Source: Methanobacteriota archaeon
Lineage (GTDB): Archaea > Halobacteriota > Bog-38 > Methanoflorentales > Methanoflorentaceae
Direction of reading: 5' to 3'
DNA length: 64,000 nucleotides
Assembly (NCBI GenBank): GCA_963719035.1
Contig: CAVRAO010000006.1
Coordinates: 128,001-192,000 of the forward strand
How positions within the stretch are numbered: position 1 is the stretch's first letter; every line of letters starts with the position of its first letter. The notes beneath the pieces were generated by a model. The model was not told the origin of the DNA, ran no database searches, and saw only the letters and a program-made list of their open reading frames with translations. Positions 40,123-50,913 of this stretch are shown here, piece by piece. The translations under genes were made by a program, and so were the position numbers.

Positions 40123-40284
40123 TCAGCGGTCGGAGAATTTAATTCGAGTAGCACAATGAGAACAGACCCAAATAACGCTTTCTCCTTTTTTTTCGCGTCT
40201 TAAAATCTTAATTCGACCTACCTCTGACTTTTCAAAGTTGCGCTGGCAGAGTTTGCAGACTGTTATGTTGTCCGGTTGACCCAT
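40123..40284 (-). CDS. Zinc-finger microprotein (53 aa), not in ORF track
   Basis: ATG after GGGAG; MGQPDNITVCKLCQRNFEKSEVGRIKILRREKKGESVIWVCSHCATRIKFSDR with CKLC and CSHC. Confidence 0.7.
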   Translation of the reverse strand: MGQPDNITVCKLCQRNFEKSEVGRIKILRREKKGESVIWVCSHCATRIKFSDR

Positions 40285-40507
40285 TTCGTGCTCCCTGTAT
40301 ACCCAAATTCTACTGCGCTAAAGCCGATGCTCGCGTAGTAATAGAAATGCCAAGGTACTAAATAACACTTGCTTGCGGTTGAAAAGCATACTAATTCTAC
40401 GCATAAATTAACATTTGCGGCGACGAGCAACCGGTTCTAAAGTCATCAGCGATTTCAACTGTTGCGTGACACCGTAGTTTATTTTGAGTTCAGTGCACTT
40501 ACTATTA

Positions 40508-41599
40508 ATGATTGAGATTGATGGCAGCATCGGTGAAGGCGGAGGACAAGTGCTGCGTGTATGTCTAGCGCTCTCCGCATTAACACGAAAGCCCATTGCT
40601 ATCAAGAATATTAGGGTCAACCGGACAAATCCCGGGCTTCGCAGCCAACATTTGACTGCGATACGTGCGGTAGCTGAGGTCACCGCCGCGAAGGTGAGCG
40701 GACTTGCGATAGGCTCATCTAAGCTAGTTTTTTCCCCGGGACCGGTACACGGGGGAACTTTTCACTTTGACGCGAAGACGGCCGGCAGCACTACCCTCAT
40801 TTTGCAGGCACTTTTACCTGTCCTCACATTCGCCGATCAGCGTTCTTCTGTAACTCTCATCGGCGGCACTAATAATCCATTGGCACCGCAAGCCGATTAC
40901 GTGGTCAACGTCCTTAATCCCATCCTAGCTAACATGGGATTTCTTTACCGATTTCGTCTCATAAAAAGGGGGTTCTATCCTCGTGGAGGGGGGCTGGTGC
41001 ACGTCCTCGTAGAGCCCGTCGATGAGCTACGTCCTATTGATATCGTCGATAAGGGGGCTCTTCGAGAAATAATGGGTATATCGCATTCGCGCAATCTACC
41101 TACTCACGTTGTCGAGCGGCAAGCAAACGCGGCCAAACAAAGCTGCTCGCGAGCAGGCTTTAAAACCGCGAGCTTCGTGCATGACGTTGGTCAGGGGACT
41201 AAAAGTCCTTCCACAGGAAGTGGCGTTGTGCTTTGGGCAGAGACGTCAACCGGAGGAAGACTAGCAGGGGACTCACTCGGAGCTCCGGGCAAACCTGCTG
41301 AACGCGTTGGAGAGGAGGCCGCAGCTAAGCTCTTATCACAATTGTCCCTTGGGGCACCGATCGACACACACCTCAGCGATCAATTAATTGTCTGGCTAGC
41401 ACTCGCACAAGGACGCTCTAGAATTAAGACGACCACACTGACACTCCACGCGGTTACTGCGATAAAAGTAACAGAGATGTTGACTGATAGTCAATTCAAA
41501 ATCCGCGGAAAGGTCGGCACGTCAGGAACAATAGAGTGTCAAGCAGGCAAGGCGTTGGATAAGCAGCTATCCACTTCTTCTCCCCCCAGCGACCGCTGA
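40508..41599 (+). CDS. rtcA: RNA 3'-terminal phosphate cyclase
   Basis: IDGSIGEGGGQVLR, PGLRSQH, RGFYPRGGG, DTHLSDQL. Confidence 0.95.
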   Translation: MIEIDGSIGEGGGQVLRVCLALSALTRKPIAIKNIRVNRTNPGLRSQHLTAIRAVAEVTAAKVSGLAIGSSKLVFSPGPVHGGTFHFDAKTAGSTTLILQALLPVLTFADQRSSVTLIGGTNNPLAPQADYVVNVLNPILANMGFLYRFRLIKRGFYPRGGGLVHVLVEPVDELRPIDIVDKGALREIMGISHSRNLPTHVVERQANAAKQSCSRAGFKTASFVHDVGQGTKSPSTGSGVVLWAETSTGGRLAGDSLGAPGKPAERVGEEAAAKLLSQLSLGAPIDTHLSDQLIVWLALAQGRSRIKTTTLTLHAVTAIKVTEMLTDSQFKIRGKVGTSGTIECQAGKALDKQLSTSSPPSDR

Positions 41600-41624
41600 G
41601 AATGGTTGTTAGAGGATGCCAAAG

Positions 41625-42422
41625 TCATTCGAGCTTTCGGAGCACGGTACTTTGAGTTATCACGCCGACCATCGTGTCATTTAGATCGAGGATTGGCACG
41701 CCCTCAACGTCGTGTTTCAACATGAGGTCGACCACATCGACGCAAGGGGTATTAGTTCGCGCAAACACGACATCTGCGACCATTATATCACCCACAAGTA
41801 GTTTCCGCATGCGTGAATCTTGATATTGAGCTCGTACGAGGTCTCTGAACTGGCTCATGGCCTTCGCTATGTCGTTCTCTGTTATGATACCAACAAGCTT
41901 GTCATCCTCGACGACCACCATCCACCACGCATTTTCATCAATCATCCTTCGCCTAATGTGGGCTACTCGATCAACAGGGGAGCAAGTCAATGGAGGTTCC
42001 ATTATTTCTCCCGCCGATCCCCCCGGCCTGCTCACCTTCACGATCTCGTTGAAAGTTATCCACCTAACGGGCTTCCCATTAGCAACGACTAGGACCCCCA
42101 ACGATTCCAAAAGACGGTTGACCTCACCAAGGGGCAGGGCTCCTCTAATTACAGTGAACGTTTCATCCATTGCTTTTGTCACGTGTAGTGATGATGCGGG
42201 CTTAATGACGTCATCAATTGCGCCTAATGTGCGTGCAATACCTTGTTTCGTCAAAACCCCAACAACTTCTCCATCATTCATCACGAGCAATTGGTTCACC
42301 TTGTTTTTTTCCATAAGATCCAAGGCGTGTGAAATCCGATCGGATTTGTTTACAAAGCACGCAGCCGATGCCAGATCAGACGCTGAAGCAAACGTGTGAT
42401 TGTCGTAACGCATTTTTTGCAC
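41625..42422 (-). CDS. CBS-domain protein (4 CBS)
   Basis: Repeated CBS patterns (VVGVLT, LVGIITENDI, MVGVIT). Confidence 0.88.
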   Translation of the reverse strand: MQKMRYDNHTFASASDLASAACFVNKSDRISHALDLMEKNKVNQLLVMNDGEVVGVLTKQGIARTLGAIDDVIKPASSLHVTKAMDETFTVIRGALPLGEVNRLLESLGVLVVANGKPVRWITFNEIVKVSRPGGSAGEIMEPPLTCSPVDRVAHIRRRMIDENAWWMVVVEDDKLVGIITENDIAKAMSQFRDLVRAQYQDSRMRKLLVGDIMVADVVFARTNTPCVDVVDLMLKHDVEGVPILDLNDTMVGVITQSTVLRKLE

Positions 42423-42452
42423 CTTACTGATTAAGCCGAAACGTTGACGGTC

Positions 42453-43286
42453 CTATTCTGCCATCTTTCTCGCTATGTCGGTCTTGGAGATGATACCAAT
42501 AAGCGACTCGTCTTTTACGACCGGAATGGCGTCTATCCTGTTCTTAATCATCACGCGCGCAGCATCTACCGCCTTTGAATCACTGTGTATCGTAATAAGC
42601 GGCTCAGACATGATATCTTCTGCAACTTGTAGCACCTTTCGGACATACCTGTTCTTTTGCACGCCAGCACGATCGGCTTTTCTCACCATCACGATGCCCT
42701 TTGAATCAACGAGAGGCTCTTGGGCAAACGTCAGATTAGAGTGTGTGATTATGCCAACGGGTACACCGTTCCCCTCATGAACTATGGTACGAAAAACATG
42801 GTTCGTATTCATGTCACGCAAAACGTGGTTGATTGAATGGTGGCGGTGGCAAGTGAGAAAAGCATCAGCCATAATAGTTTTGACTTGAAGCTTGGAGCTT
42901 GTAGTTGCAAAATGCGCTGCTAAATCCGTCTCTGTGAAAATGCCAAGCAGCTCGCCATCTTCTACTACCGGAAGGCAGCCAATTCCGTTGGTGATCATCT
43001 CTCGGGCTGCCTCTGCAACTGAGGCATTAGGCGAGGTTGTGACTAGATTCTCTGACATTATCGTTTTAGCGAGCGTTCTGTCCTGCTGCCGCCTTCGCCA
43101 TCCTGCTTCAGATGATTCAAGCATCTTTACGAGGTCGTATTTGGCGATCACGCCAACAAGAGTCCCTTCATAAGCAACTGCTACTCTGCCAATCTTGTGC
43201 TTCAGCATCACATTTTTTACGTGACCAACCGTGTCTTCGGGTGAGACGGAATATACGGGGGCATTCATCAAATCGTCAACTTGCAT
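42453..43286 (-). CDS. CBS-domain protein (4 CBS)
   Basis: IGCLPVV..LLGIFTETD, AIPVV..IGIISKTD. Confidence 0.9.
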   Translation of the reverse strand: MQVDDLMNAPVYSVSPEDTVGHVKNVMLKHKIGRVAVAYEGTLVGVIAKYDLVKMLESSEAGWRRRQQDRTLAKTIMSENLVTTSPNASVAEAAREMITNGIGCLPVVEDGELLGIFTETDLAAHFATTSSKLQVKTIMADAFLTCHRHHSINHVLRDMNTNHVFRTIVHEGNGVPVGIITHSNLTFAQEPLVDSKGIVMVRKADRAGVQKNRYVRKVLQVAEDIMSEPLITIHSDSKAVDAARVMIKNRIDAIPVVKDESLIGIISKTDIARKMAE

Positions 43287-43471
43287 GTCTCTTCCTCGTT
43301 GCCACTCTTTCATGTCTCTATTTATAGTCAAAGCTCTATGTCGAAACACTCTGAGAACTTTGTAACAAGCTTATGCTCGCGAAACACAATAATACTGTTA
43401 CTTATCCGCCCTCTGCGCTAAAAGCTTTGGCCGCATCTATAGCGCGAATCAGGCGGCAAGATGGTTAGCGT

Positions 43472-43732
43472 TCACTGCGGCTGTTTAATCAGCTTGCGGT
43501 CAACCACAATGTAATCCTTTATTGCTCTCACAGCGTCAAATGGTAGAAATATGAAGTCGTTTTCTGTCCTAAACTCTTGCAGATTCAGGTCGGGATCGGG
43601 CTTCACTTTGAGATCAAGGATATCGCCGGTGTTTTCATCAATAATAAGATCATAGAGCGTGCCGATATCAGTGCCATCGCTCCCCATCACTTGCTTATTA
43701 GACAGATTCTTTGCGAAAATCTCCTTTTTCAT
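43472..43732 (-). CDS. PRC-barrel protein (CdpB2-like)
   Basis: NLSNKQVMGSDGT.IG.L...TG, C-terminal AIKDYIVV. Confidence 0.85.
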   Translation of the reverse strand: MKKEIFAKNLSNKQVMGSDGTDIGTLYDLIIDENTGDILDLKVKPDPDLNLQEFRTENDFIFLPFDAVRAIKDYIVVDRKLIKQPQ

Positions 43733-43780
43733 CCCTGCTTGCTACGTACTTATAATATAAAGGGTTTCGTATACCCCCGC

Positions 43781-45997
43781 TTATTGATAGCTCACGTGCG
43801 TCGTCGGCTCAGCAGGGCGACCTCCGGCAAATCTCTGTTTTATCTGCTCGTAATACTGCATAGTGCGTTCGTCAATCGCAGGTCGAACTTTCTTAAGTGC
43901 TTCTCTGAAATGACGCATTTCTATGGAACGAATGTCCTTCGCTTCTCGCAAAGCGAGCATCGCGGCTTCTTTACAAAGTGTTTCTAAATCGCTGCCGACA
44001 TACCATTCGGTGAGGTCCGCAAGCTCTTCGATGTCTACATCGTCTGAAAGCGGCATAGTCCGCGTGTGGATATTCAATATCGATACCCTTGCACTCTTCT
44101 GCGGCGCACCAAGCAGTATCATCCTGTCAAATCGTCCTGATCGCAGGAGGGCCGGATCGACTATGTCAGGGCGATTCGTGGCAGCGATCACGACAATGTC
44201 CTTTAGGTCTTGTAAACCGTCAAGCTCTGTTAGAAGGGTGTTCACGACCCTTTCGGAGACTCGCGAGGTATCCTCTATACCCCGCATTGGAGCGAGCGCA
44301 TCAAGCTCATCAAGGAAGACGACGACGGGCGCAACTTGCCGAGCTTTCTTGAAAACGCTCCTTACCGCACGCTCAGATTCACCTACCCATTTGCTCATAA
44401 GCTCCGGACCACGCACGCTTATGAAATTCGCTTCAGTTTCATTCGCGACTGCTCTAACGATGAGCGTCTTACCCGTTCCCGGCGGTCCGAAGAGCAAAAT
44501 ACCACGAGGCGGCGTGATACCCATTCTTCTAAACGATTGAGGTTCTTTGAGGGGCCATTCTATTGTTTCGATTAACTCCTGCCGCGCTTCTTCAAGCCCG
44601 CCAACGTCGTTCCAGGTGGTATTGGGAATTTCGACCAGGATTTCGCGAAGCGCACTTGGTTGAATCTCTCGAAATGCTTCGCTGAAATCATCGTTAGTGA
44701 TCCTCATATTAGCAAGGGTCTCGGCGGGAATCTCCTTGTCGAGGTCGATGTCGGGCATGTATCTATTCAAAGCGCGCATTGCCGCCTCTTTCGTAATAGA
44801 GAGAAGATCGGCTCCGACGAAGCCGTGAGTGATGCTGGCGAGCTCTTCAAGGTTAACGTCGTTGGCGAGCGGCATATCGCGTGTATGAATTTGGAGGATC
44901 TCCTTTCTACCGTTATAGTCAGGTACAGATATCTCAATCTCTCTGTCAAACCTTCCTGGACGTCTCAAAGCAGGGTCGATTGCTTCTACCCTGTTTGTAG
45001 CGCCTACGATTATTATCTCACCCCTTTCCTCAAGCCCATCCATTATGGTAAGCAATTGGGCAACAACGCGACGCTCGACTTCTCCGGTTACGTCCCCCCG
45101 TCGTGGCGCGATTGAGTCGAGCTCATCGATAAATACGATCGAGGGAGTTCGGTCGCGTGCTTCTTCGAAGATTTCACGCAGTCGTTGCTCGCTTTCACCG
45201 TAATACTTGCTCATAATCTCGGGCCCCGCTATAGAATAGAACGATGCGCCCGACTCATTTGCCACTGCTTTTGCGATGAGCGTCTTTCCGGTACCAGGAG
45301 GTCCGTGAAGCAAAACACCACTCGGCGGCGAGATGCCAAGCGTTTGAAAAACCTCTGGATGCTTCATCGGGAGCTCAATCATCTCCCTAATGCGTTGTAT
45401 CTCATCTCTCAAACCACCTATGTCCTCATATGAGATGCCTGTGGCGCGCACTGATTCAAACCCTTTGACGGGCTTATCTCTTAGGTCAAGCTGCGTTTTC
45501 TCAGTAATGAATACTACGCCAAGTGGACTTGTGCTTACTACGATGAGCGGCACTGCTTGACCAGGCACTCGCAGAAGAGGGTGCGACGCAACGCTCAAAA
45601 CGGGCACGACGTCTCCTTGAACCATAGGACGTTTGAGCAGCTGACGGTGTACGCTGTCCTTCATCTCTGCGAGTGGCTGTGTGACCGTCCCCTCAGGAGG
45701 GGCTAGCACAACCTTTTGCGCCTCATTCACCTTTGGCTTGCGAACAAGCACGCGCTCACCCATACCGACACCGGCGTTTTGGCGAATGAATCCATCGATG
45801 CGAATGATGCCTTCGTGCCAGTCTTGGCGATCCGCGCGCCAGACTTTAGCAGCCGTACTGGTCTTGCCTACGATTTCTATGATTTCTCCGGGAGAGAGCT
45901 GAAGCTTAAGAAGCGTATCTGGATCGAGCCGTGCAATACCTCTTCCTGAATCGTTCGGGTATGCTTTGGCAACTTTTAACTGAATCTCTAGAGGCAT
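43781..45997 (-). CDS. cdc48: Cdc48/VCP-family AAA+ ATPase
   Basis: N-domain [10 protein letters not shown]; two AAA modules with [16 protein letters not shown] and RSGRFDR. Confidence 0.97.
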   Translation of the reverse strand: MPLEIQLKVAKAYPNDSGRGIARLDPDTLLKLQLSPGEIIEIVGKTSTAAKVWRADRQDWHEGIIRIDGFIRQNAGVGMGERVLVRKPKVNEAQKVVLAPPEGTVTQPLAEMKDSVHRQLLKRPMVQGDVVPVLSVASHPLLRVPGQAVPLIVVSTSPLGVVFITEKTQLDLRDKPVKGFESVRATGISYEDIGGLRDEIQRIREMIELPMKHPEVFQTLGISPPSGVLLHGPPGTGKTLIAKAVANESGASFYSIAGPEIMSKYYGESEQRLREIFEEARDRTPSIVFIDELDSIAPRRGDVTGEVERRVVAQLLTIMDGLEERGEIIIVGATNRVEAIDPALRRPGRFDREIEISVPDYNGRKEILQIHTRDMPLANDVNLEELASITHGFVGADLLSITKEAAMRALNRYMPDIDLDKEIPAETLANMRITNDDFSEAFREIQPSALREILVEIPNTTWNDVGGLEEARQELIETIEWPLKEPQSFRRMGITPPRGILLFGPPGTGKTLIVRAVANETEANFISVRGPELMSKWVGESERAVRSVFKKARQVAPVVVFLDELDALAPMRGIEDTSRVSERVVNTLLTELDGLQDLKDIVVIAATNRPDIVDPALLRSGRFDRMILLGAPQKSARVSILNIHTRTMPLSDDVDIEELADLTEWYVGSDLETLCKEAAMLALREAKDIRSIEMRHFREALKKVRPAIDERTMQYYEQIKQRFAGGRPAEPTTHVSYQ

Positions 45998-46072
45998 ACG
46001 ATCAAAACCTAAGCTTATATGATAACATGGGTGATATATAAGGGTGGCTAAAGAGCTCCGTTTGCATACGTT

Positions 46073-47263
46073 ATGACAATACTTGCATTTCAGCCTTTTT
46101 CTGGCGCTTCAGGGGATATGCTCGTCGGAAGTCTCATCGATCTTGGCGCCGACGCATCCGCCGTTCGAGAGAGCATGGAAGCTGCTGCCAACGTCGACGT
46201 TGAGATCTACGAGGTGAGCAAATCGGGCATACGTGCAACGCAAGTCACCATCGTCGCCGAGGCGGGGCCGCTTGCTTATCGAGAGCTTATGAACGTGCTT
46301 AAATCTTGCGAGCTCAGTCCACATATAGTCGCTGACGCGAGTGCGATATTTGAGATTATTGCGAACGCAGAAGCAGCCGTACATGGTGTTCAAAAAGAAG
46401 AGCTCGAGTTCCACAAAATAGGTGCTCGGGATGCCATTGCAGACGTAGTCGGTGCTTGCACGGCCATGTCACTTCTCAACGTTGACTCAATATTCACAAC
46501 CCCCATATTCGTTGGCGGTGGGTCGTTAGAGACCGATCACGGGCTTCTCCCGATCCCGGCTCCTGCAACTGCCGCAATACTAGCCAAATACCACTTGATA
46601 ACTCGTGGAGGGCCTGTGGAAGGAGAGCTGCTGACCCCAACGGGTGCAGCTATTCTCGCCTTTTTTACGGGAATTTCAGACGTTTTTTTGCCCCAAATGA
46701 CCATTGAACGCGTGGGTTATGGCGCAGGATTTCACGACTTTTCTCACCCAAACGTTCTGCGTGCTACGCTTGGTCAGAGCGATGAGGGTCTGCTTGAAGA
46801 TGATGTCCAAGTGCTCGAAACTAACGTGGACGACGTGACAGGAGAGGTGCTTGGAAATCTGGTCGAGGGGCTCCTCGAAATAGGCGCTCTGGACGTTGCA
46901 ATAGTGCCCACGACCGGGAAAAAAAGCAGAACCGGGCATCTTATCCAAGTGATAGCCCGCCCCGCCGACTCCAATAGATTGACAAAAAAGATAATCGAAG
47001 AAACGGGCAGTTTGGGCGTGCGGATCATGCCGACGCGTCACAGACTCATAGCTTTACGGCGCAGTGAAGCCGTAACGGTTCGTATCGGTAGCGAGTCCCA
47101 CACAATCAGCGTAAAAGTTGCCACAGATCAACACGGCACTGTACTAAACGTCGCTGCTGAGTTTGACGACGCTGCGAAACTTGCCAAAAGACTCGGCATC
47201 CCAGTCAAACACGTTATCAGGGTAGCTGAACAAGAGGCTTGGGCTCGACTTAACAGCAGTTAG
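46073..47263 (+). CDS. larC: Nickel-pincer cofactor biosynthesis protein LarC family (TIGR00299)
   Basis: [40 protein letters not shown]. Confidence 0.92.
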   Translation: MTILAFQPFSGASGDMLVGSLIDLGADASAVRESMEAAANVDVEIYEVSKSGIRATQVTIVAEAGPLAYRELMNVLKSCELSPHIVADASAIFEIIANAEAAVHGVQKEELEFHKIGARDAIADVVGACTAMSLLNVDSIFTTPIFVGGGSLETDHGLLPIPAPATAAILAKYHLITRGGPVEGELLTPTGAAILAFFTGISDVFLPQMTIERVGYGAGFHDFSHPNVLRATLGQSDEGLLEDDVQVLETNVDDVTGEVLGNLVEGLLEIGALDVAIVPTTGKKSRTGHLIQVIARPADSNRLTKKIIEETGSLGVRIMPTRHRLIALRRSEAVTVRIGSESHTISVKVATDQHGTVLNVAAEFDDAAKLAKRLGIPVKHVIRVAEQEAWARLNSS

Positions 47264-48021
47264 CACGTTTGATTCTGTTTTGTACGTTTATGCTCAGTTA
47301 ACGCCTCTGTAATCGTTATTTCACCTATCGCAACTCTTTTCGCAAGCTGTCTCGAGATCGTTGTTCGCCCTTCTGAGAGTTCCCTACTCCTCTCTTGAAT
47401 CCACCTTATCTCGCCCTTCGAAGGGAGGATCTCTTGGTGCCCCACGCGTACTCCTTGCGTGTACGCGATGTTTATAGCGGCGACTATGTCGGAGATCGCG
47501 GCCCCGCCCGTGCCCTTTCCGAGGTACGGAGAAGTCCCGCTTTCATCGACGAGTTCGACTGGTATCCCCTGGGCCACTAACGAGTTTGCTAAACGCATGC
47601 TCGCGAGGCGAGCCCCATGTCCAATTCGTACAAGTATGTCAGAATATGTCTGCTTGATTCTCTCTATTACGCCAACGGCCTGCCCCACGGGAACACGATA
47701 AACCGCTTCGACGATACCATTAGAGAGAACAGCAATACCAGGCTCTTCCCCCGGATCAATGCCGATAACGGCGCACCCACGAAAAGCGCCATTCCTAAGA
47801 AGTCTGATTGCTTCATTCACCGTCGTCTCAGGATCAGACGCCACTACAACGTTGGGAAAGGTGATCGCGCTCGCCTCCTCTTTAGAAGTTATCACGACGC
47901 CGATTTCACGCCCTATCGCGTCGCTTGGCGCAATAGTTACAAATTTAAGCCCCTTTTCGCGAAGCGTTTTGGTTATGTCCTGGAAAAGCGCGAAGTCCGT
48001 AGTTGCTAGGGCGATGTGAAT
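47260..48021 (-). CDS. Conserved euryarchaeal hypothetical protein (RNase H-like GIDPG motif); probable ATT start
   Basis: IGIDPGEEPGIAV, RIGHGA, VDESGTSP. Frame stays open 42 codons upstream of GTG 47895 to ATT 48019-48021, which follows a GGAGGGG SD. Confidence 0.75.
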   Translation of the reverse strand: MHIALATTDFALFQDITKTLREKGLKFVTIAPSDAIGREIGVVITSKEEASAITFPNVVVASDPETTVNEAIRLLRNGAFRGCAVIGIDPGEEPGIAVLSNGIVEAVYRVPVGQAVGVIERIKQTYSDILVRIGHGARLASMRLANSLVAQGIPVELVDESGTSPYLGKGTGGAAISDIVAAINIAYTQGVRVGHQEILPSKGEIRWIQERSRELSEGRTTISRQLAKRVAIGEITITEALTEHKRTKQNQTC

Positions 48022-48144
48022 TCTTGCCCCTCCACTCTGTAGTTGAGGGACGAACCTTTATAACCCTAACTCTCCATTAGGCTGTAGTTAACGACAATCG
48101 CGTCGTTTCTCTCTATCGGATTTGCTTTGAGGTTCTAAACACTG

Positions 48145-48810
48145 ATGCTTTATCCTAGCACCTGCCACAATCTAGATGCCCTGATTGGTGGTGGATTTCC
48201 GACTAGAGCTATTTCACACATTTTCGGAGAGCCGGGAAGCGGAAAAACTACGTTAGGTATACAGCTTGCTATAAACGTCATTAGACGCGAAAAGCGCGTC
48301 ATTTTTGTTGCTGCCGACAAGTTTCCAGGAGAACGATTCGCCCAAATCGCCGGAACTGACGTGGGATCCATCGGTCAGAGACTGCTCGTCTTCGAGGTGA
48401 AAAGCTTCGACCAGCAGCGTGCGACGCTTCGCAACATTAAGAGAATAGCAAAGGAGAATGTGGGGCTTGTCGTTCTCGATGCGGCAACGACGCACTATCG
48501 ACTGGAGCAGTCAAAGAACACTGAAAGTGCGTTGCAGCACGCCCTCGTTAATCAACTGCTTTTGCTACTCGGATTAGCGAAGAAATTCGATCTGGGCGTG
48601 GTTGTAACCAACCAAGTCTACGCCGACATCGATACCAAGGAAGTGTTGCCCGTTGCAGGGTATCTAATTGACAACCTGTCGAAAGTCGTTGTGCAATTTG
48701 CAAAAACCGATGGCGGGCGGCGGTGTGCGATCGTGAAAAAACACCCGACGCAGCCGCGCGATGCACACACGTGTTTCAAAATTACTGGCGATGGGCTCTC
48801 AGATGCCTAA
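48145..48810 (+). CDS. radB: DNA repair protein RadB
   Basis: LDALIGGG, GEPGSGKT, VVTNQVY, KKHP basic patch; no N-terminal HhH domain. Confidence 0.92.
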   Translation: MLYPSTCHNLDALIGGGFPTRAISHIFGEPGSGKTTLGIQLAINVIRREKRVIFVAADKFPGERFAQIAGTDVGSIGQRLLVFEVKSFDQQRATLRNIKRIAKENVGLVVLDAATTHYRLEQSKNTESALQHALVNQLLLLLGLAKKFDLGVVVTNQVYADIDTKEVLPVAGYLIDNLSKVVVQFAKTDGGRRCAIVKKHPTQPRDAHTCFKITGDGLSDA

Positions 48811-49622
48811 CCTCTCTTAAGGAGATAAGTACCTGTATAGACCAGTTCTGCAGGCCCCTCCATAAACGCACCATCTTTTTTCAACGAAATTTTTAAAGAG
48901 CCGCCTAACGTGTTCACAGTCACCCTCGTGCCGATCAGACCCATCTGGTTCGCAACGGCAGCGGCGGCGACGGCACCCGTTCCGCAGCTGAGCGTCTCGT
49001 GTTCGACGCCGCGCTCGTATGTGCGAACAAAGAGCGTGTTGCCGTTTATCTTAACAAAATCGACGTTAGCACCATGCGGAAATATGGGATCAAAGCGAAT
49101 CTTTGCTGCCAAATCGGCAATATCGTCGTCAGCTACGTCGTCAAAGACTATCGCGTGAGGAACACCAGTGTTGACGGCAGAGACTACAACGCCGTGCATA
49201 TTTTCGACGAATACATCGCCGGTTCCCCGGGCCGGTATTGCTGAGCGCGCAAACTGAGGCTTGCCCATGTCGACGATCACTGAGGTTTTCTTAGCCGTGA
49301 CTTTCCGAATTCCTGCCTTAGTCTTCACTGTGACCGTGCCGCGCTTGACGTAACCAGCGTCAACTGCGTATAAGGCCAGGCACCTGATGCCGTTGCCGCA
49401 CATCTCCGCTTCGGAGCCGTCAGGTTGAAACAACCGCATGCCAAGATCGGTAGTGCTTGGTCGCGATAGAAAAAGAACCCCGTCAGCACCTATCCCAAAT
49501 CTACGATCACATGCCTTTACAGCGAAACTTGACTTGCTTTTGACTGAGCCGTCCTTGCTTTCGTCAACGATGATGAAGTCGTTGCCATTGCCGTGCATCT
49601 TGACAAATGGTATCGTTTTCAT
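48807..49622 (-). CDS. dapF: Diaminopimelate epimerase
   Basis: KMHGNGNDF, EMCGNG, GVPH, YERGV..TLSCGTG. Confidence 0.97.
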   Translation of the reverse strand: MKTIPFVKMHGNGNDFIIVDESKDGSVKSKSSFAVKACDRRFGIGADGVLFLSRPSTTDLGMRLFQPDGSEAEMCGNGIRCLALYAVDAGYVKRGTVTVKTKAGIRKVTAKKTSVIVDMGKPQFARSAIPARGTGDVFVENMHGVVVSAVNTGVPHAIVFDDVADDDIADLAAKIRFDPIFPHGANVDFVKINGNTLFVRTYERGVEHETLSCGTGAVAAAAVANQMGLIGTRVTVNTLGGSLKISLKKDGAFMEGPAELVYTGTYLLKRG

Positions 49623-49631
49623 GTTAGATCC

Positions 49632-50912
49632 TTAGAGCAAGTGGGGGGGGATATCTTGACCGACCAGCAGACCCCCATAAGATTCTCTCGCTCGTATAAT
49701 TTCCGCCTCGCCCTTGTTAACAAGAACTTCGCTTGCACGTGTCCGACCATTGTACTGAGAGCTCATGGCAAACCCGTAAGCCCCAGTGTCGAGTACCGCG
49801 ATGAGATCTCCCTTTTCAACGCGGGGAAGGCGCCGATCTCTCGCTAGGATGTCACCGCTTTCGCAGATCGGACCGACGATTGTGTACGTGTGATCGGACG
49901 TTTGTGCGAGCTTGTTTGCTACGATCACCTCGTGGTACGAGCCATACAAGGTCGGGCGGAGTAGCAAGTTGAACCCTGCGTCAACACCTACAAAAGTACT
50001 GTAAGCCTCTTTGACGGTATTTACCGCACAGAGCAGAATGGAGGCATCTCCAACGACGTATCTTCCCGGTTCAAGCACGAGCTTGGGACGGATGCCAAGG
50101 GCGCTAGAGCGCGTGAAAAAGATCGGGAGCACTGTGTTAGCGAGGTCGAACGGGGTCGGAGCCGTGCCCGTGTATGGTATACCGAGCCCACTGCCAATAT
50201 CGACAAAATCAAGTTCAAGATGAAGCTCTTTTTTAAGCCCCTCAACGAGATCCATCATTCGCATCATCATTTCTGCGAATGGACTAAGCTCGAGTATCTG
50301 TGAACCGATGTGGCAATGAATACCTACGGGTCGGACGCCCTCAAGAGATAGCGCTTCGACGTAGCACGCTAGTACCTTATCATGCGGGATTCCAAACTTC
50401 GATTGCGCCAAGCCGGTGGCAACTTTTGGGTGTGTGGCTGGCGATACGTCTGGGTTGACCCTAAAGGCAATTTCTACCTCTTTGTTAGCTTCTGTGGCGA
50501 TTCGGGCGAGAGCTTTCAGTTCATCAAGTGAATCGACAGAGACTCGAACGCCGGTTTCGCACGCCATGCGAAGTTCAGCATCAGTTTTTGAGTTGCCATT
50601 AAAGAGGATACGTTCAGGGGGGATCCCTGCAAGAAGGGCGGCGTACAGCTCACCGTCGGAGAAGACATCGGCGCCAGCACCCTCTTGCGCGAGCACGCGC
50701 AGCACGGCGAGGTTGCCGTTGGCCTTTGCGGCATAGTAGACGTCCGCGTCAGGGAACGCGGCTGCAAAGCGTCTGTAGTTGCTTCGAATGCGCCTCTCAT
50801 CGACGACGTATAGCGGCGTGCCGTGCTCTCGCGCGAGATCGACAACGTCGGCGCCACCAATCGTAAGGTGCCCCTCCTTCTCGCCAAGGTGATCGCGCGT
50901 ACCGAAATTCAT
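49632..50912 (-). CDS. lysA: Diaminopimelate decarboxylase
   Basis: YAAKAN, HCHIGSQ, EPGR, GPICESGD, YNGR. Confidence 0.97.
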   Translation of the reverse strand: MNFGTRDHLGEKEGHLTIGGADVVDLAREHGTPLYVVDERRIRSNYRRFAAAFPDADVYYAAKANGNLAVLRVLAQEGAGADVFSDGELYAALLAGIPPERILFNGNSKTDAELRMACETGVRVSVDSLDELKALARIATEANKEVEIAFRVNPDVSPATHPKVATGLAQSKFGIPHDKVLACYVEALSLEGVRPVGIHCHIGSQILELSPFAEMMMRMMDLVEGLKKELHLELDFVDIGSGLGIPYTGTAPTPFDLANTVLPIFFTRSSALGIRPKLVLEPGRYVVGDASILLCAVNTVKEAYSTFVGVDAGFNLLLRPTLYGSYHEVIVANKLAQTSDHTYTIVGPICESGDILARDRRLPRVEKGDLIAVLDTGAYGFAMSSQYNGRTRASEVLVNKGEAEIIRARESYGGLLVGQDIPPHLL

Positions 50913-50913
50913 C

